From Mycobacteriales bacterium (lineage in GTDB: Bacteria > Actinomycetota > Actinomycetes > JAFAQI01), in assembly GCA_035550055.1 (NCBI GenBank), contig DASZRO010000120.1, positions 2,890 through 66,889 of the forward strand: DNA of 64,000 bases. Direction: 5' to 3'. The translations under genes were made by a program, and so were the position numbers. The first letter of the stretch is position 1. Each line of letters opens with the position of its first letter. The notes under the pieces are model-generated. The model was not told the DNA's origin and did no database searches. It was given only the letters and a program-made list of their open reading frames with translations. Below are positions 1 to 8,172 of the stretch, piece after piece.

Positions 1-760
1 ACTGACTGCCGGCGGTCAGGGCGCTGCTCGCGGCCACCGACCAGGAGCCCGACGTCTCGGTCGTGGTGCGGGTCTGGACCGGGGTACCCGTCGCATTGGG
101 CCCGGCGTAGATCTTGACGGTGACCGTCGAGGAGTCCGCACTCTGCGTCGTCCCGGCCGCCTGGTTGCCTGCGGTGCCGGTGAAGGTCGGCGTCAGCGAG
201 GTCGTGATCGACCCGGCGGTTGGTGCCGTCACGGTGACCGAGGGCGCCCGGCTGTCGATGACGAACGTCGTGGTCGCCGTCGCGGCGTTTCCCGCGGCGT
301 CACTCTGACTGACCTGCGCCGTGTACTGCGCGTTGCCGGCGAGAGCAGGTGAGGGCGTGACCGACCAGCTGCCCGAGGTCACGTTGCCGCTGATGGTCTG
401 CACCGGGGGGCCGGTTGCCGTGCCACCTGAGTAGATCGTCACGGTCACGGTGGCTGCATCCGCGCTGTGGCCGGCGTCGGCGACCTGCGTGCCGGCGGCG
501 CCGGAGATCGTGGGCGTCGTCGATGCCAGGTATGCGCCGTTGCTCGGCGCGGTGACGGTCGGCGCGGGTGCGGCGGTGTCCTTGACCGCAGTGACGGCCA
601 ACGTCGTGGAGCTGCCACCGGCGTTGGTCGACCATGCGGTGACGGTGAGGTGACCGTCGTGCAGCGAAGACAGGTTCAGCGCGGTGAAGGCGGTCGTGCC
701 GGCGCCGCTCGGCGCTGTCTTGGCGCTCGGCGTGACGGTCGTCGTGCCGTCGCTCACGGT
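1..760. repeat. Tandem coding repeats with a period of about 324 bp (about 2.3 copies in the window, roughly 70% nt identity). They encode the Ig-like repeats of the large surface protein.
   Basis: Segments at about 104-170 and about 431-495 align (gtagatc...gacggtgaccgtcga.. versus gtagatcgtcacggtcacggtggc..). The protein-level repeats begin at residues about 238, 279 and 387. Confidence 0.55.
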
Positions 761-1288
761 CAGATGGACCATGTCGGCGGCGGTCGAGGTCGCCGGCAGG
801 GTGACGTCGATCTCGACGCTCGAGGCGTTCGCAGCGTCGATGTACGCCTGCCCGGTGCCGCCGCCGACGACGGTGACGGCAGTCGGGGCGGCCGGCGGGG
901 TCGTCGCGCTGACGATCGCGGTGGCGGCGGAGATCCAGCTCGACAGCGTGCTGTACACGTCGTACGACGGGGTCGTGCCGGGCGTGACGCCGGTCACCGA
1001 GCAGCTCCCGGTTGCACCGCTGATGGTGCAGGCCGCAGTGGAGGTCGTGCCGTGGGGGTAGGCGACGTAGCCGGTGGCGGCGGGCGCCGAAGGGCCGCTG
1101 GTGACGGAGATCGTGATGCTGGTGGCGCTCGCCGCGGTCGCGGAGGCCGCGATCGGCGCGCCGAGCGTCGTCGACGTGGCGAGCTGGCTCGCCGTACCCG
1201 TCGCCGTGAAGAAGGCGAGGGCGGAGGCTGCGCCGGCCACGGCGAGTGCCGCAGTGACGGCGAGGACGGAGTAGAAGCGGCGCCTCAT
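1..1288 (-). CDS. Large secreted cell-surface protein, N-terminal part only (the gene continues beyond the window start). It has a signal peptide, then Thr/Ala/Ser-rich tandem Ig-like repeats of about 108 aa with the motif D-A-A-G-N...V-I-D-S-R-A-P.
   Basis: ATG at 1286-1288 on the minus strand overlaps the stop of the upstream gene (ATGA). The reverse-strand translation reads MRRRFYSVLAVTAALAVAGAASALA|FFTATG..., followed by repeated TVTV(T/K)IY(S/A)G...SGSWSV...DAAGN...APSVTVTAP units. Third-codon positions are GC-rich. The ORF track omits it only because it runs off the window edge. Confidence 0.6.
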   Translation of the reverse strand, partial: MRRRFYSVLAVTAALAVAGAASALAFFTATGTASQLATSTTLGAPIAASATAASATSITISVTSGPSAPAATGYVAYPHGTTSTAACTISGATGSCSVTGVTPGTTPSYDVYSTLSSWISAATAIVSATTPPAAPTAVTVVGGGTGQAYIDAANASSVEIDVTLPATSTAADMVHLTVSDGTTTVTPSAKTAPSGAGTTAFTALNLSSLHDGHLTVTAWSTNAGGSSTTLAVTAVKDTAAPAPTVTAPSNGAYLASTTPTISGAAGTQVADAGHSADAATVTVTIYSGGTATGPPVQTISGNVTSGSWSVTPSPALAGNAQYTAQVSQSDAAGNAATATTTFVIDSRAPSVTVTAPTAGSITTSLTPTFTGTAGNQAAGTTQSADSSTVTVKIYAGPNATGTPVQTRTTTETSGSWSVAASSALTAGSQ

Positions 1289-1761
1289 CACAGGTGCGCC
1301 GTGCCGGTCAGCGGGACGACGAACGTCGTTCCCTGGCAGCCGTCAGCCGCCGCGGTGGTCATGGAGACCGTTCCGGTCGCCGTTCCTGACTGGCCGGGGG
1401 TCAGCGCACCTGATGGGAGGGCGCCCACCGCGAAGGTGACGACCGCGGGGTTGCAGCTGCCCTTGCCGGTGGTCTGGATCGTCGCGGTGCCCGACTGCGT
1501 CAGGGAGGTGACCGTGAGGTTTCCCGAGGTGGTGTTCTTCAGCGTCACGCTGACCGCAACGTTGCCGCCGGGGTAGAGCCCCGCGAGTGGTGCGGTGGTG
1601 ACTGCGAGGGTGACCGTCCCGGTGGAGGACCCCCCGGTGCCCGCTGCCCGACCGGACCAGTAGGCGTTGGCAGTGCCCGCGCCCGCCGCACCGATGGCGA
1701 CGAGGGCGAGCGCGACCGCGGTCCCGCGCTTCGCGCGCGATGAGATCCGGGAGTGCGACAT
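1288..1761 (-). CDS. Small secreted protein of 157 aa, a paralog of the gene at 2385-2840. It has a signal peptide ending ANA|YWSGRAAG, a GLYPGG motif, two Cys about 40 aa apart, and is Thr/Gly-rich (beta-sandwich, DUF11/CARDB-like pattern).
   Basis: ORF 1288..1980 from the track, trimmed to the internal ATG at 1759-1761 (MSHSRISSRAKRGTAVALALVAIGAAGAG...). It sits 7 nt downstream of the stop of the preceding gene. Its own stop overlaps the next ATG (ATGA at 1286-1289). Confidence 0.6.
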   Translation of the reverse strand: MSHSRISSRAKRGTAVALALVAIGAAGAGTANAYWSGRAAGTGGSSTGTVTLAVTTAPLAGLYPGGNVAVSVTLKNTTSGNLTVTSLTQSGTATIQTTGKGSCNPAVVTFAVGALPSGALTPGQSGTATGTVSMTTAAADGCQGTTFVVPLTGTAHL

Positions 1762-1768
1762 CGGTCGG

Positions 1769-2356
1769 TCAGCCTTGCCGTGCGGTGGCGTGGAAAGTGA
1801 GGGGGAACGACGCGTCCTTGCACGCGTTCTGGTTGGTGGGGAGGTCGAGCATCGAGATCCGCAACGGGATCCGGGCCGCCGCGCCGGGCGCGAGCTCGTA
1901 ACGCGTGGCGCCTGGCGCCGAGGAGCGGTATCCGGTGACCCGGATGCTCGTGGCCGCGCGGCAGGCCTTCGTCGCATCACCGACGGTGACGCCGGCGGAG
2001 GTGATGCGCGCGGGCCGGGAGCCGAGGTTCACGATCGACACGACGACGGGTCGGCTCACTCCGGGTGACAGAGCGCCTTTCTCGCGGCCGGTCACGGTGA
2101 TCGCCACCGGCGCCGATGGCGCGCTGTGCCGGCTCGTCGACCGCGCCGTCTGCGAGTTGCCGGGCATCGGGTTGCGCTCTCCCGCCGGAGGGTTCGCGGT
2201 CGCGCCGCAGCTGTTGCCGCAGCCGTTCAGCCGCAGGACGGCCGTGACCAGACCGGCAAGGAGGACGGCGAGGACGGCCAACCACAGCCACAGCAGCCCT
2301 GGGCGACGTACGTCGTCTTGCTCAGGTCGTCTGCGTTGGATCGCGTGGTCCGTCAT
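1769..2356 (-). CDS. Membrane-anchored protein of 195 aa. It has an N-terminal cytoplasmic tail, one TM helix (LLWLWLAVLAVLLAGLVTAVL), and an extracytoplasmic domain with DUF11-like motifs (ALSPGVSRPVVVSIVNLG, ELAPGAAARIPLRISML). This is a possible accessory or anchoring component (TapA-like role).
   Basis: ORF track 1769..2356. ATG at 2354-2356 is preceded by GGAGGA (reverse complement of 2362-2367). No SPase-I catalytic Ser box is recognisable. Confidence 0.5.
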   Translation of the reverse strand: MTDHAIQRRRPEQDDVRRPGLLWLWLAVLAVLLAGLVTAVLRLNGCGNSCGATANPPAGERNPMPGNSQTARSTSRHSAPSAPVAITVTGREKGALSPGVSRPVVVSIVNLGSRPARITSAGVTVGDATKACRAATSIRVTGYRSSAPGATRYELAPGAAARIPLRISMLDLPTNQNACKDASFPLTFHATARQG

Positions 2357-2384
2357 CGCCGTCCTCCTCGGCCGGCACGAGAGG

Positions 2385-2840
2385 TCAGCTGACGCTGTAG
2401 GTCACCGGGATGGTCTGCGACTTGCAGGCGTCCTGGTTGCTGCTGGTGTCGTTCATCGTCAGGGTGATGCCGGTCCAAGCGCCGACGCCGCTGCCTGGGG
2501 CGATCTCGGCGTTGACCGGGGCGGTGCCGGTGATCGTGAAGTCGCCCGCCACGCAACCTTCAGGCAGCGTGCCGAGGGTGGCCGTGACGGTCCCGACGTA
2601 CACCTTGCCGGAGTTCGTGTTGTTGAAGTCGCCGGACAGCGTGACGCTGCCGCCCGGGTACAGGCCCGAGGAGGTGCTGGTCTGCACGACCGCGACGTTC
2701 TGGACGCTGCCGGTAGCCGCGGTTCCCGACCCGCTGCCGGTGGAGGTCCAGTAAGCGAGGGCGATGCCGCCGCTGGTCAGGGCAAGAGCGCCACCGCCGA
2801 GGATGGCGGCTGCCTTCTTCTTGTTGTTGATCTTTCGCAT
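2385..2840 (-). CDS. Small secreted protein of 151 aa, a paralog of 1288-1761. It has a signal peptide (KKK n-region, AAAILGGGALALTSGGIALA h-region), an AXA site ALA|YWTSTG, a GLYPGG motif and two Cys.
   Basis: ORF 2385..2891 trimmed to the ATG at 2838-2840. This ATG is preceded by GGAG (ggagcagacaATG) with 6-nt spacing. It is the first gene of the operon. Confidence 0.65.
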   Translation of the reverse strand: MRKINNKKKAAAILGGGALALTSGGIALAYWTSTGSGSGTAATGSVQNVAVVQTSTSSGLYPGGSVTLSGDFNNTNSGKVYVGTVTATLGTLPEGCVAGDFTITGTAPVNAEIAPGSGVGAWTGITLTMNDTSSNQDACKSQTIPVTYSVS

Positions 2841-2926
2841 TGTCTGCTCCGCTCGCGTTGTGAGCCCCCCAAAGCGGGGCACCGACGTCAAAGGTGACGG
2901 CCTCGGCGCAACAGTTACGCGACGGA

Positions 2927-2950
2927 TTCACAACACTTGGACAACTTCCG
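2927..2950. promoter_or_regulatory. Tandem direct repeat (T)CACAAC-n6-GACAAC, about 12 bp centre-to-centre, lying between the response-regulator gene and the secreted-protein operon. It is a candidate OmpR-family binding site.
   Basis: Sequence ttcacaacacttggacaacttcc at 2927-2949. A second ggatt repeat is at 2923 and 2968. The region is AT-richer than its surroundings. Confidence 0.25.
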
Positions 2951-3020
2951 GTTCCGCAGTCCTGGACCGGATTTGTCCCGGTTCGTACGCCGCGCTCCGG
3001 TGGCCGGGCGACGCGTCGGG

Positions 3021-3722
3021 TCAGCCTTCGAAGCGGTAGCCGACTCCGCGAACCGTCTGCAGGTAGTGCGGCCGCCTCGGGTCCGCTTCGATCTTCGTGC
3101 GCAACCGGCGGATGTGCTCGGTGACGGTAGACGGGTCCTGCCACCTCGTGGAAGAGCCCCACACCTGGTCGAGCAGCTGCTCGCGGGTGAAGACCCGTCG
3201 CGGGGACCCGGCGAGCAGGGCCAGCAGGTCGAACTCCTTCGCCGTGGTCTCGACCACCTCGCCGTCGACAACGACCTCGCGCGCGGCGATGTCGATGGTC
3301 AGTGCGCCGTAGCGCAGCCGCTTGCTCGGCGCCGGCGAGGCGCCTTCCTGGCGGCGCATCACGGCGTAGATCCGGGCCACCAGCTCCGCGCCGCTGAACG
3401 GCTTCACGACGTAGTCGTCCGCTCCCATGCGCAGGCCGAGGACTCGGTCGGTCTCACCGCCTCGCGCGGACAGGAAGATGATCGGGATGTTGTCCCGGCG
3501 GCGGATCTCGGTCATCAGATCGAAGCCGCTGATCTCCGGCATCATGATGTCGAGCAGTACGACGTCCGGCCGGCGTTCGCTGATCGCGGTCAGCGCGCCG
3601 CGGGCATCCGCCACACACTCCACGGCGAAACCCTCGTCAGTGAGCAGCGCCTCGACGAGATCGCGAGTCGGTGCGTCGTCGTCGACCACGAGGACGTGCA
3701 GCTGCCGCCTCGTACGCACCAT
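3021..3722 (-). CDS. OmpR/PhoB-family response regulator (receiver domain plus winged-helix). It is an orphan: no histidine kinase is adjacent.
   Basis: 233 aa. It shows the VLVVDDD...DVVLLDIMMP...DYVVKPF receiver motifs and a C-terminal ...LTxKEFDLLxxLxxxPxRVFTREQLL..VWG... OmpR-type DNA-binding domain. Confidence 0.9.
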   Translation of the reverse strand: MVRTRRQLHVLVVDDDAPTRDLVEALLTDEGFAVECVADARGALTAISERRPDVVLLDIMMPEISGFDLMTEIRRRDNIPIIFLSARGGETDRVLGLRMGADDYVVKPFSGAELVARIYAVMRRQEGASPAPSKRLRYGALTIDIAAREVVVDGEVVETTAKEFDLLALLAGSPRRVFTREQLLDQVWGSSTRWQDPSTVTEHIRRLRTKIEADPRRPHYLQTVRGVGYRFEG

Positions 3723-3746
3723 GCCATGGTACGAACGGCGGCGGAC

Positions 3747-4655
3747 TCAGCCGGGGCTGACGAGCGGCTCGTCGACGATCGGGTCGAGCGGCTCGGACTC
3801 GCCGGCCACACGTCTCGCGGTCGCGAAGTAAGAGCCGGCGAGCACGAGCGGGAAGCCGACGATCATGCCGGTCGTCACGTGCTCGCCGAGCACGGCCACG
3901 CCGAGCGCGATCGCCACTGCGGGGTTGACGTAGGTGATCACCGTCGCTCGCGTGGGACCGATCTCGGCGATCAGCCAGAAGAACACCACGAACGCCAGGG
4001 CGGTGCAGATCAGCGCCAACCCGATCACGGACCAGATGACCTCTTCGGTGAGGTGATGGGGTGGGCGAGCGATGGCGACCGGCGCATAGACGACCGCGGT
4101 GATGCCCAGTGAGGCGGCGACGACGCCGAGGCCCGGTGCGTCGCCGAGCCGGTGCGTGAGCACCAGGGGGCCGAGCGCGTAGCCGACGGACACCAGCCCG
4201 ATCTCCCCGACCGCCGCCATGTCGACCTTGCCGACCTGCAGCCCGACGAGCGAGGCCACCCCGGCGATCCCCACGAGCAGGCCGGCCCACCGTTGCGTCG
4301 TCATCTCCTCGGCGAGGCCGAGCAGCCGGGTGATCGCGATCCCGACCAGCGGCACCGCGGCCACCAGCAGCCCGGCGAGTGAGCTGGTGAGGTGCTCCTC
4401 GGCGCTGCTCAGCAGCAACCAGGGGATCGTGAGCTCGACCGCCGTGTAGACCAGCACCCACCGCCAATGGCCGCGCAGCCCGCCGAACGCGCCGCGACCT
4501 GCCGCGACTGGTACGAGCAGCAACGCCCCGATCGCGGTCCTGGCGAACACGAGGTCAGCCGGGCTGAGGTCGCGCACCGCGATCCGGATCAGCAGGTAGG
4601 GCAGGCCCCAGATCACGCACATGGCCGCGAACAGCACCGCGCCACGTCGCGTCAC
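3747..4655 (-). CDS. EamA/DMT-superfamily transporter, about 10 TM.
   Basis: 302 aa, hydrophobic, with a duplicated EamA-like arrangement. GTG start at 4653-4655. It lies 24 nt upstream of the response regulator on the same strand. Confidence 0.8.
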   Translation of the reverse strand: MTRRGAVLFAAMCVIWGLPYLLIRIAVRDLSPADLVFARTAIGALLLVPVAAGRGAFGGLRGHWRWVLVYTAVELTIPWLLLSSAEEHLTSSLAGLLVAAVPLVGIAITRLLGLAEEMTTQRWAGLLVGIAGVASLVGLQVGKVDMAAVGEIGLVSVGYALGPLVLTHRLGDAPGLGVVAASLGITAVVYAPVAIARPPHHLTEEVIWSVIGLALICTALAFVVFFWLIAEIGPTRATVITYVNPAVAIALGVAVLGEHVTTGMIVGFPLVLAGSYFATARRVAGESEPLDPIVDEPLVSPG

Positions 4656-4678
4656 GGGGCCAACATTACGATTCGAGG

Positions 4679-5725
4679 GTGACGAAGAGCGCGCGTATTG
4701 CTGTCGTGCCCGGTGACGGGATCGGCCTCGAGGTCGTCGCGGAGGGCCTCAAGGTGCTGCACGCCGCGGTGGAGCCCGAAGGGGTCAAGGTCGAGACCAC
4801 CGACTACGACCTCGGCGCAGCTCGCTACCACCGCACCGGCGAGACGTTGCCGGACAGCGTGCTCGAGGAGCTTCGCCAGTACGACGCCATCCTGCTCGGC
4901 GCGGTCGGCGACCCGACGGTGCCGCCGGGCGTGCTGGAGCGCGGCCTGCTGCTCAAGATCCGGTTCGCGTTCGAGCACGCGGTCAACCTGCGGCCGGTGA
5001 AGCTCTACCCGGGCGTCAGCACGCCGCTCGCCGGATCGGGCCCCGCCGAGATCGACATGGTGGTCGTCCGGGAAGGCACCGAAGGTCCGTACGTCGGGGT
5101 CGGCGGATCGATGCGCCAGGGCACCCCCCAAGAGGTCGCTACCGAAGAGAGCGTCAACACGCGCTACGGCGTCGAGCGCGTCGTCCGGGACGCGTTCCGG
5201 CGCGCCGCGGCCCGCCCACGCAAGAAGCTGACGCTGGTGCACAAGACCAACGTGCTGGTCCACGCCGGCAACCTTTGGCAGCGCACGGTTGACGCGGTCG
5301 CGCCGGACTTCCCGGACGTCACCGTCGACTATGCCCACGTCGACGCGGCCTGCCTCTACATGGTCACCCAACCCGAGCGGTTCGACGTGGTCGTCACCGA
5401 CAACCTGTTCGGCGACATCGTCACCGACCTGGGCGCGGCGATCGCCGGTGGCATCGGGCTGGCGGCGAGTGGCAACCTCAACGTCGACGGGACGGCACCG
5501 TCGATGTTCGAGCCGGTGCACGGCAGCGCACCCGACATCGCCGGGCAGGGCATCGCGGATCCGACCGCCACCGTGCTGTCCGTCGCGATGCTGCTCGACT
5601 CGCTCGGTTTGGGCGATGCCGCGAAGCGCGTCGAGGCGGCCGCCGCGGCAGACCTCGCTGAGCGAGGGGGCGCCCAGCGGCGTACCGCCGAAATCGGTGA
5701 TGCGATTGCGGCGAGGCTGACCTAA
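4679..5725 (+). CDS. leuB: 3-isopropylmalate dehydrogenase
   Basis: 348 aa. It carries IAVxPGDGIGxEV, LLGAVG and the NLFGDIxTDL..[15 protein letters not shown] signature of the isocitrate/isopropylmalate dehydrogenase family. Confidence 0.93.
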   Translation: MTKSARIAVVPGDGIGLEVVAEGLKVLHAAVEPEGVKVETTDYDLGAARYHRTGETLPDSVLEELRQYDAILLGAVGDPTVPPGVLERGLLLKIRFAFEHAVNLRPVKLYPGVSTPLAGSGPAEIDMVVVREGTEGPYVGVGGSMRQGTPQEVATEESVNTRYGVERVVRDAFRRAAARPRKKLTLVHKTNVLVHAGNLWQRTVDAVAPDFPDVTVDYAHVDAACLYMVTQPERFDVVVTDNLFGDIVTDLGAAIAGGIGLAASGNLNVDGTAPSMFEPVHGSAPDIAGQGIADPTATVLSVAMLLDSLGLGDAAKRVEAAAAADLAERGGAQRRTAEIGDAIAARLT

Positions 5726-5734
5726 CCTCGACCC

Positions 5735-6814
5735 ATGGGTCTCGAGTTCAGCGTCGAGCCGACGCAGCAGCCAACCACGCCCGAGCGACTCGCGGAGATC
5801 CTCGCCGCGCCGGGGTTCGGCAAGGTGTTCACCGACCACATGGTGACGGTCGAGTGGACGCCCGACGCGGGCTGGCACGATGCGCGGGTACGCCCGTACG
5901 GGCCGCTGCCCATGGACCCGGCAAGTCACGTCTTCCACTACGGCCAGGCGATCTTCGAGGGATTCAAGGCTTACCGGCAGCCCGACGGCGCCATCGCCAC
6001 CTTCCGGCCGGAGTTCAACGGGGAGCGGTTCAACCGCTCGGCGCAGCGCCTCGCGCTCCCGGAGCTGGCGGTTGAGGACTTCGTCGCGGCGTCTGACGTG
6101 CTCGTCGCGCAGGACGCCGACTGGGTGCCGCGAAGCGACGACGCCAGCCTTTATCTGCGGCCCTTCATGATGGCGACCGAGGTCGGTCTCGGCGTGAAGC
6201 CGTCCTCCCACGTCACCTTCCTCGTGATCGCCTCGCCCGCCGGCCCGTACTTCGCGTCCGGGGCCAAGCAGGTCACGATCTGGCTGTCCGAGGACTACAC
6301 CCGTGCCGCCCCCGGCGGGACCGGCGCGGCGAAGTGCGGCGGGAACTACGCCGCGAGTCTGGTCGCGCAGCAGGAAGGCATCGCCAACGGGTGCGAGCAG
6401 GTGCTCTTCCTCGACGCCGTCGAACGGCGTTGGGTCGAGGAGCTCGGCGGGATGAACCTGTGGTTCGTGCAGGACGACGGCACGATGCTGACCCCCGAGC
6501 TCACCGGCACGATCCTCGAGGGCGGCACCCGGGATGCGCTGAAGGTGCTCGCGGCCGAGCTCGGCCACGAGATCGAGGAGCGTCGCGTCGACATCGACGA
6601 ATGGCGCAAGGGCGTCGACGCCGGTCGCATCACCGAGGTGTTCGCCTGCGGGACCGCCGCGGTGATCGCCTCGGTCGGCACGCTGAAGTGGCACGGCGGC
6701 GAGGTGACCCTGCCGACCGAGACGCCGGTGGCGACCGCGTTGCGCAGTGCCCTCGTCGACCTCCAGTACGGCCGCAAGCCCGATCCTCACCACTGGATGC
6801 ACAAGGTCTGCTAG
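5735..6814 (+). CDS. ilvE: Branched-chain amino acid aminotransferase
   Basis: 359 aa of the class IV aminotransferase family (FTDHMV...[12 protein letters not shown]...NYAASL). It is the gene immediately after leuB. Confidence 0.92.
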   Translation: MGLEFSVEPTQQPTTPERLAEILAAPGFGKVFTDHMVTVEWTPDAGWHDARVRPYGPLPMDPASHVFHYGQAIFEGFKAYRQPDGAIATFRPEFNGERFNRSAQRLALPELAVEDFVAASDVLVAQDADWVPRSDDASLYLRPFMMATEVGLGVKPSSHVTFLVIASPAGPYFASGAKQVTIWLSEDYTRAAPGGTGAAKCGGNYAASLVAQQEGIANGCEQVLFLDAVERRWVEELGGMNLWFVQDDGTMLTPELTGTILEGGTRDALKVLAAELGHEIEERRVDIDEWRKGVDAGRITEVFACGTAAVIASVGTLKWHGGEVTLPTETPVATALRSALVDLQYGRKPDPHHWMHKVC

Positions 6815-6849
6815 CGCGTACCCCTGCGCTTCGTCGTACCCTGCGCGAC

Positions 6850-8010
6850 GTGGTGCGACTGCTGCTGCTCGGTTCCGGCGAGCTCGGCAAGGAGATCACG
6901 CTGGAGGCCGCGGCGCTCGGCGTCGAGGTCGTGGCGGCCGACCGGTACGACGACGCGCCCGCGATGCAGGTCACCCCGCATCGCCGCGTGGTCGACCTGC
7001 TCGACCCTGATGCCGTGCGCGCACTGGTCGAGGAGACCAAGCCGGACTTCGTCGTACCCGAGGTCGAGGCGATCGCCACCGACGCCCTGGTCCGGCTGGA
7101 AAGTGAAGGCTGGGTGGTTGTCCCGACCGCGCGTGCGGCCCGCCTGACGATGGATCGGGAGGGCATCCGGCGGCTTGCCGCCGAGACGTTGGGCCTGCCG
7201 ACGTCGCCGTACCGGTTCGCGGCGTCCGAGGCCGAGTACGTCGCGGCGGTCGAGGCGCTGGGACGTCCTTGTGTGGTCAAGCCGGTGATGAGCTCGTCCG
7301 GCAAGGGCCAGTCGGTGGTCGGGGTGGACGACGACCCGATGGCCGCGTGGCGCTACGCCCGCTCGTCCGGCCGCGTCACCGGCCAGCCGGTCATCATCGA
7401 GGGCTTCGTCGAGTTCGCCTACGAGATCACGATGCTGACCGTCCGGCATGCCGCGGGCACGACCTGTTGCCCGCCCATCGGTCATCGCCAGGAGGCGGGC
7501 GACTACCGCGAGTCGTGGCAGCCGCAGCCGATGTCGGAGCTTGCCCTGGCGCGAGCGACACAGATCGCGGTCGCGATCACCGACGGGCTCGGCGGCCGCG
7601 GCATCTTCGGCGTCGAGCTGTTCGTCACCGCCGACGACGAGGTCCTCTTCAGCGAGGTCAGTCCACGACCGCACGACACCGGGCTGGTGACGCTGCTGAG
7701 CCAGGGCACCAGCGAGTTCGGGCTGCACGTGCGCGCGATCCTCGGACTTCCGGTGCGCGCCGACGATGTCGCCAGCCGCGGAGCGTTCGCGAGCGCGGTC
7801 GTGCTCGCCGACGCCGACATCGAGGCCCCGGCGATCTCCGGGGTCGATGCCGCCCTCGCCGGTGCGCTCACCAAGGTGCGGGTGTTCGGCAAGCCGTCCG
7901 CCCACCCGGGCCGGCGCATGGCCGTCGCCGTGGCGGGTGGCAGCGACATCGACGACGCCCGGGCGCGGGCGCGTGCTGCTGCCGGGCGCATGTCGGTCGT
8001 CAAGGCTTGA
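6850..8010 (+). CDS. purT: Formate-dependent phosphoribosylglycinamide formyltransferase (GAR transformylase 2, ATP-grasp)
   Basis: It has the [12 protein letters not shown] nucleotide-binding N-terminus and an ATP-grasp body. The start is assigned to GTG 6850/6853 because the track ORF 6334..8010 upstream part overlaps ilvE in another frame. No ATG is available. Confidence 0.8.
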   Translation: MVRLLLLGSGELGKEITLEAAALGVEVVAADRYDDAPAMQVTPHRRVVDLLDPDAVRALVEETKPDFVVPEVEAIATDALVRLESEGWVVVPTARAARLTMDREGIRRLAAETLGLPTSPYRFAASEAEYVAAVEALGRPCVVKPVMSSSGKGQSVVGVDDDPMAAWRYARSSGRVTGQPVIIEGFVEFAYEITMLTVRHAAGTTCCPPIGHRQEAGDYRESWQPQPMSELALARATQIAVAITDGLGGRGIFGVELFVTADDEVLFSEVSPRPHDTGLVTLLSQGTSEFGLHVRAILGLPVRADDVASRGAFASAVVLADADIEAPAISGVDAALAGALTKVRVFGKPSAHPGRRMAVAVAGGSDIDDARARARAAAGRMSVVKA

Positions 8011-8071
8011 CCTTTGGCCTCGACGTGGCGAAGACTGAAGGCGTGACGCAGTTCGCCACGATTATTTCTGG

Positions 8072-8142
8072 GCGCGTCGGCTAACCACACCAGCCGACGC
8101 GCAACCCTCCGCTGCCCTTGTCGGGTCGGGGGGTTTTTTGTT
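8072..8142 (+). terminator. Perfect 11-bp inverted repeat (gcgcgtcggct / agccgacgcgc, 8072-8102) followed by a GC-rich stem and a G6T6 tract (8128-8139). It is a probable intrinsic terminator of purT and sits 30 nt before the cimA/leuA-like start, so it may act as an attenuator.
   Basis: The inverted repeat and ggggggttttttg were read directly. There is no Leu-rich leader peptide. Confidence 0.4.
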
Positions 8143-8172
8143 GGACCAACGCTTCCTCGAAGGGACGAGCCG

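Noticed and set aside
467-1576. 369-aa plus-strand Gly/Arg/Asp-rich ORF and the neighbouring plus-strand ORFs (684-1061, 1074-1274)
   Set aside because: They are antisense to the well-supported minus-strand Ig-repeat gene. Their composition is what reverse-frame translation of Thr/Ala/Ser-rich GC-rich coding sequence produces. They have no ribosome-binding site.
1769-2356. Membrane protein in the fibre-like operon as the dedicated SipW-type signal peptidase (similar size, about 190 aa, N-terminal TM)
   Set aside because: No Ser/Lys or Ser/His SPase box (SMxPT / GD..) is recognisable. The sequence instead repeats the DUF11-like beta-sandwich motifs of its neighbours. A dedicated peptidase, if any, must be outside the window.
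4652-6802. 716-aa minus-strand ORF spanning leuB and ilvE
   Set aside because: It is an Arg/Gly/Asp-rich reverse-frame artefact of a high-GC sequence. It overlaps two strongly supported plus-strand genes.
6334-6849. 5' extension of the purT ORF (track start 6334)
   Set aside because: It overlaps ilvE in another frame and lacks purT homology. The conserved N-terminus ([12 protein letters not shown]) begins at about 6850.
8041-8090. Short ORF (VAKTEGVTQFATIISGRVG*) upstream of the cimA/leuA-like gene as a leucine-attenuator leader peptide
   Set aside because: It contains no Leu/Ile/Val run and has no ribosome-binding site. The hairpin is better explained as the purT terminator.
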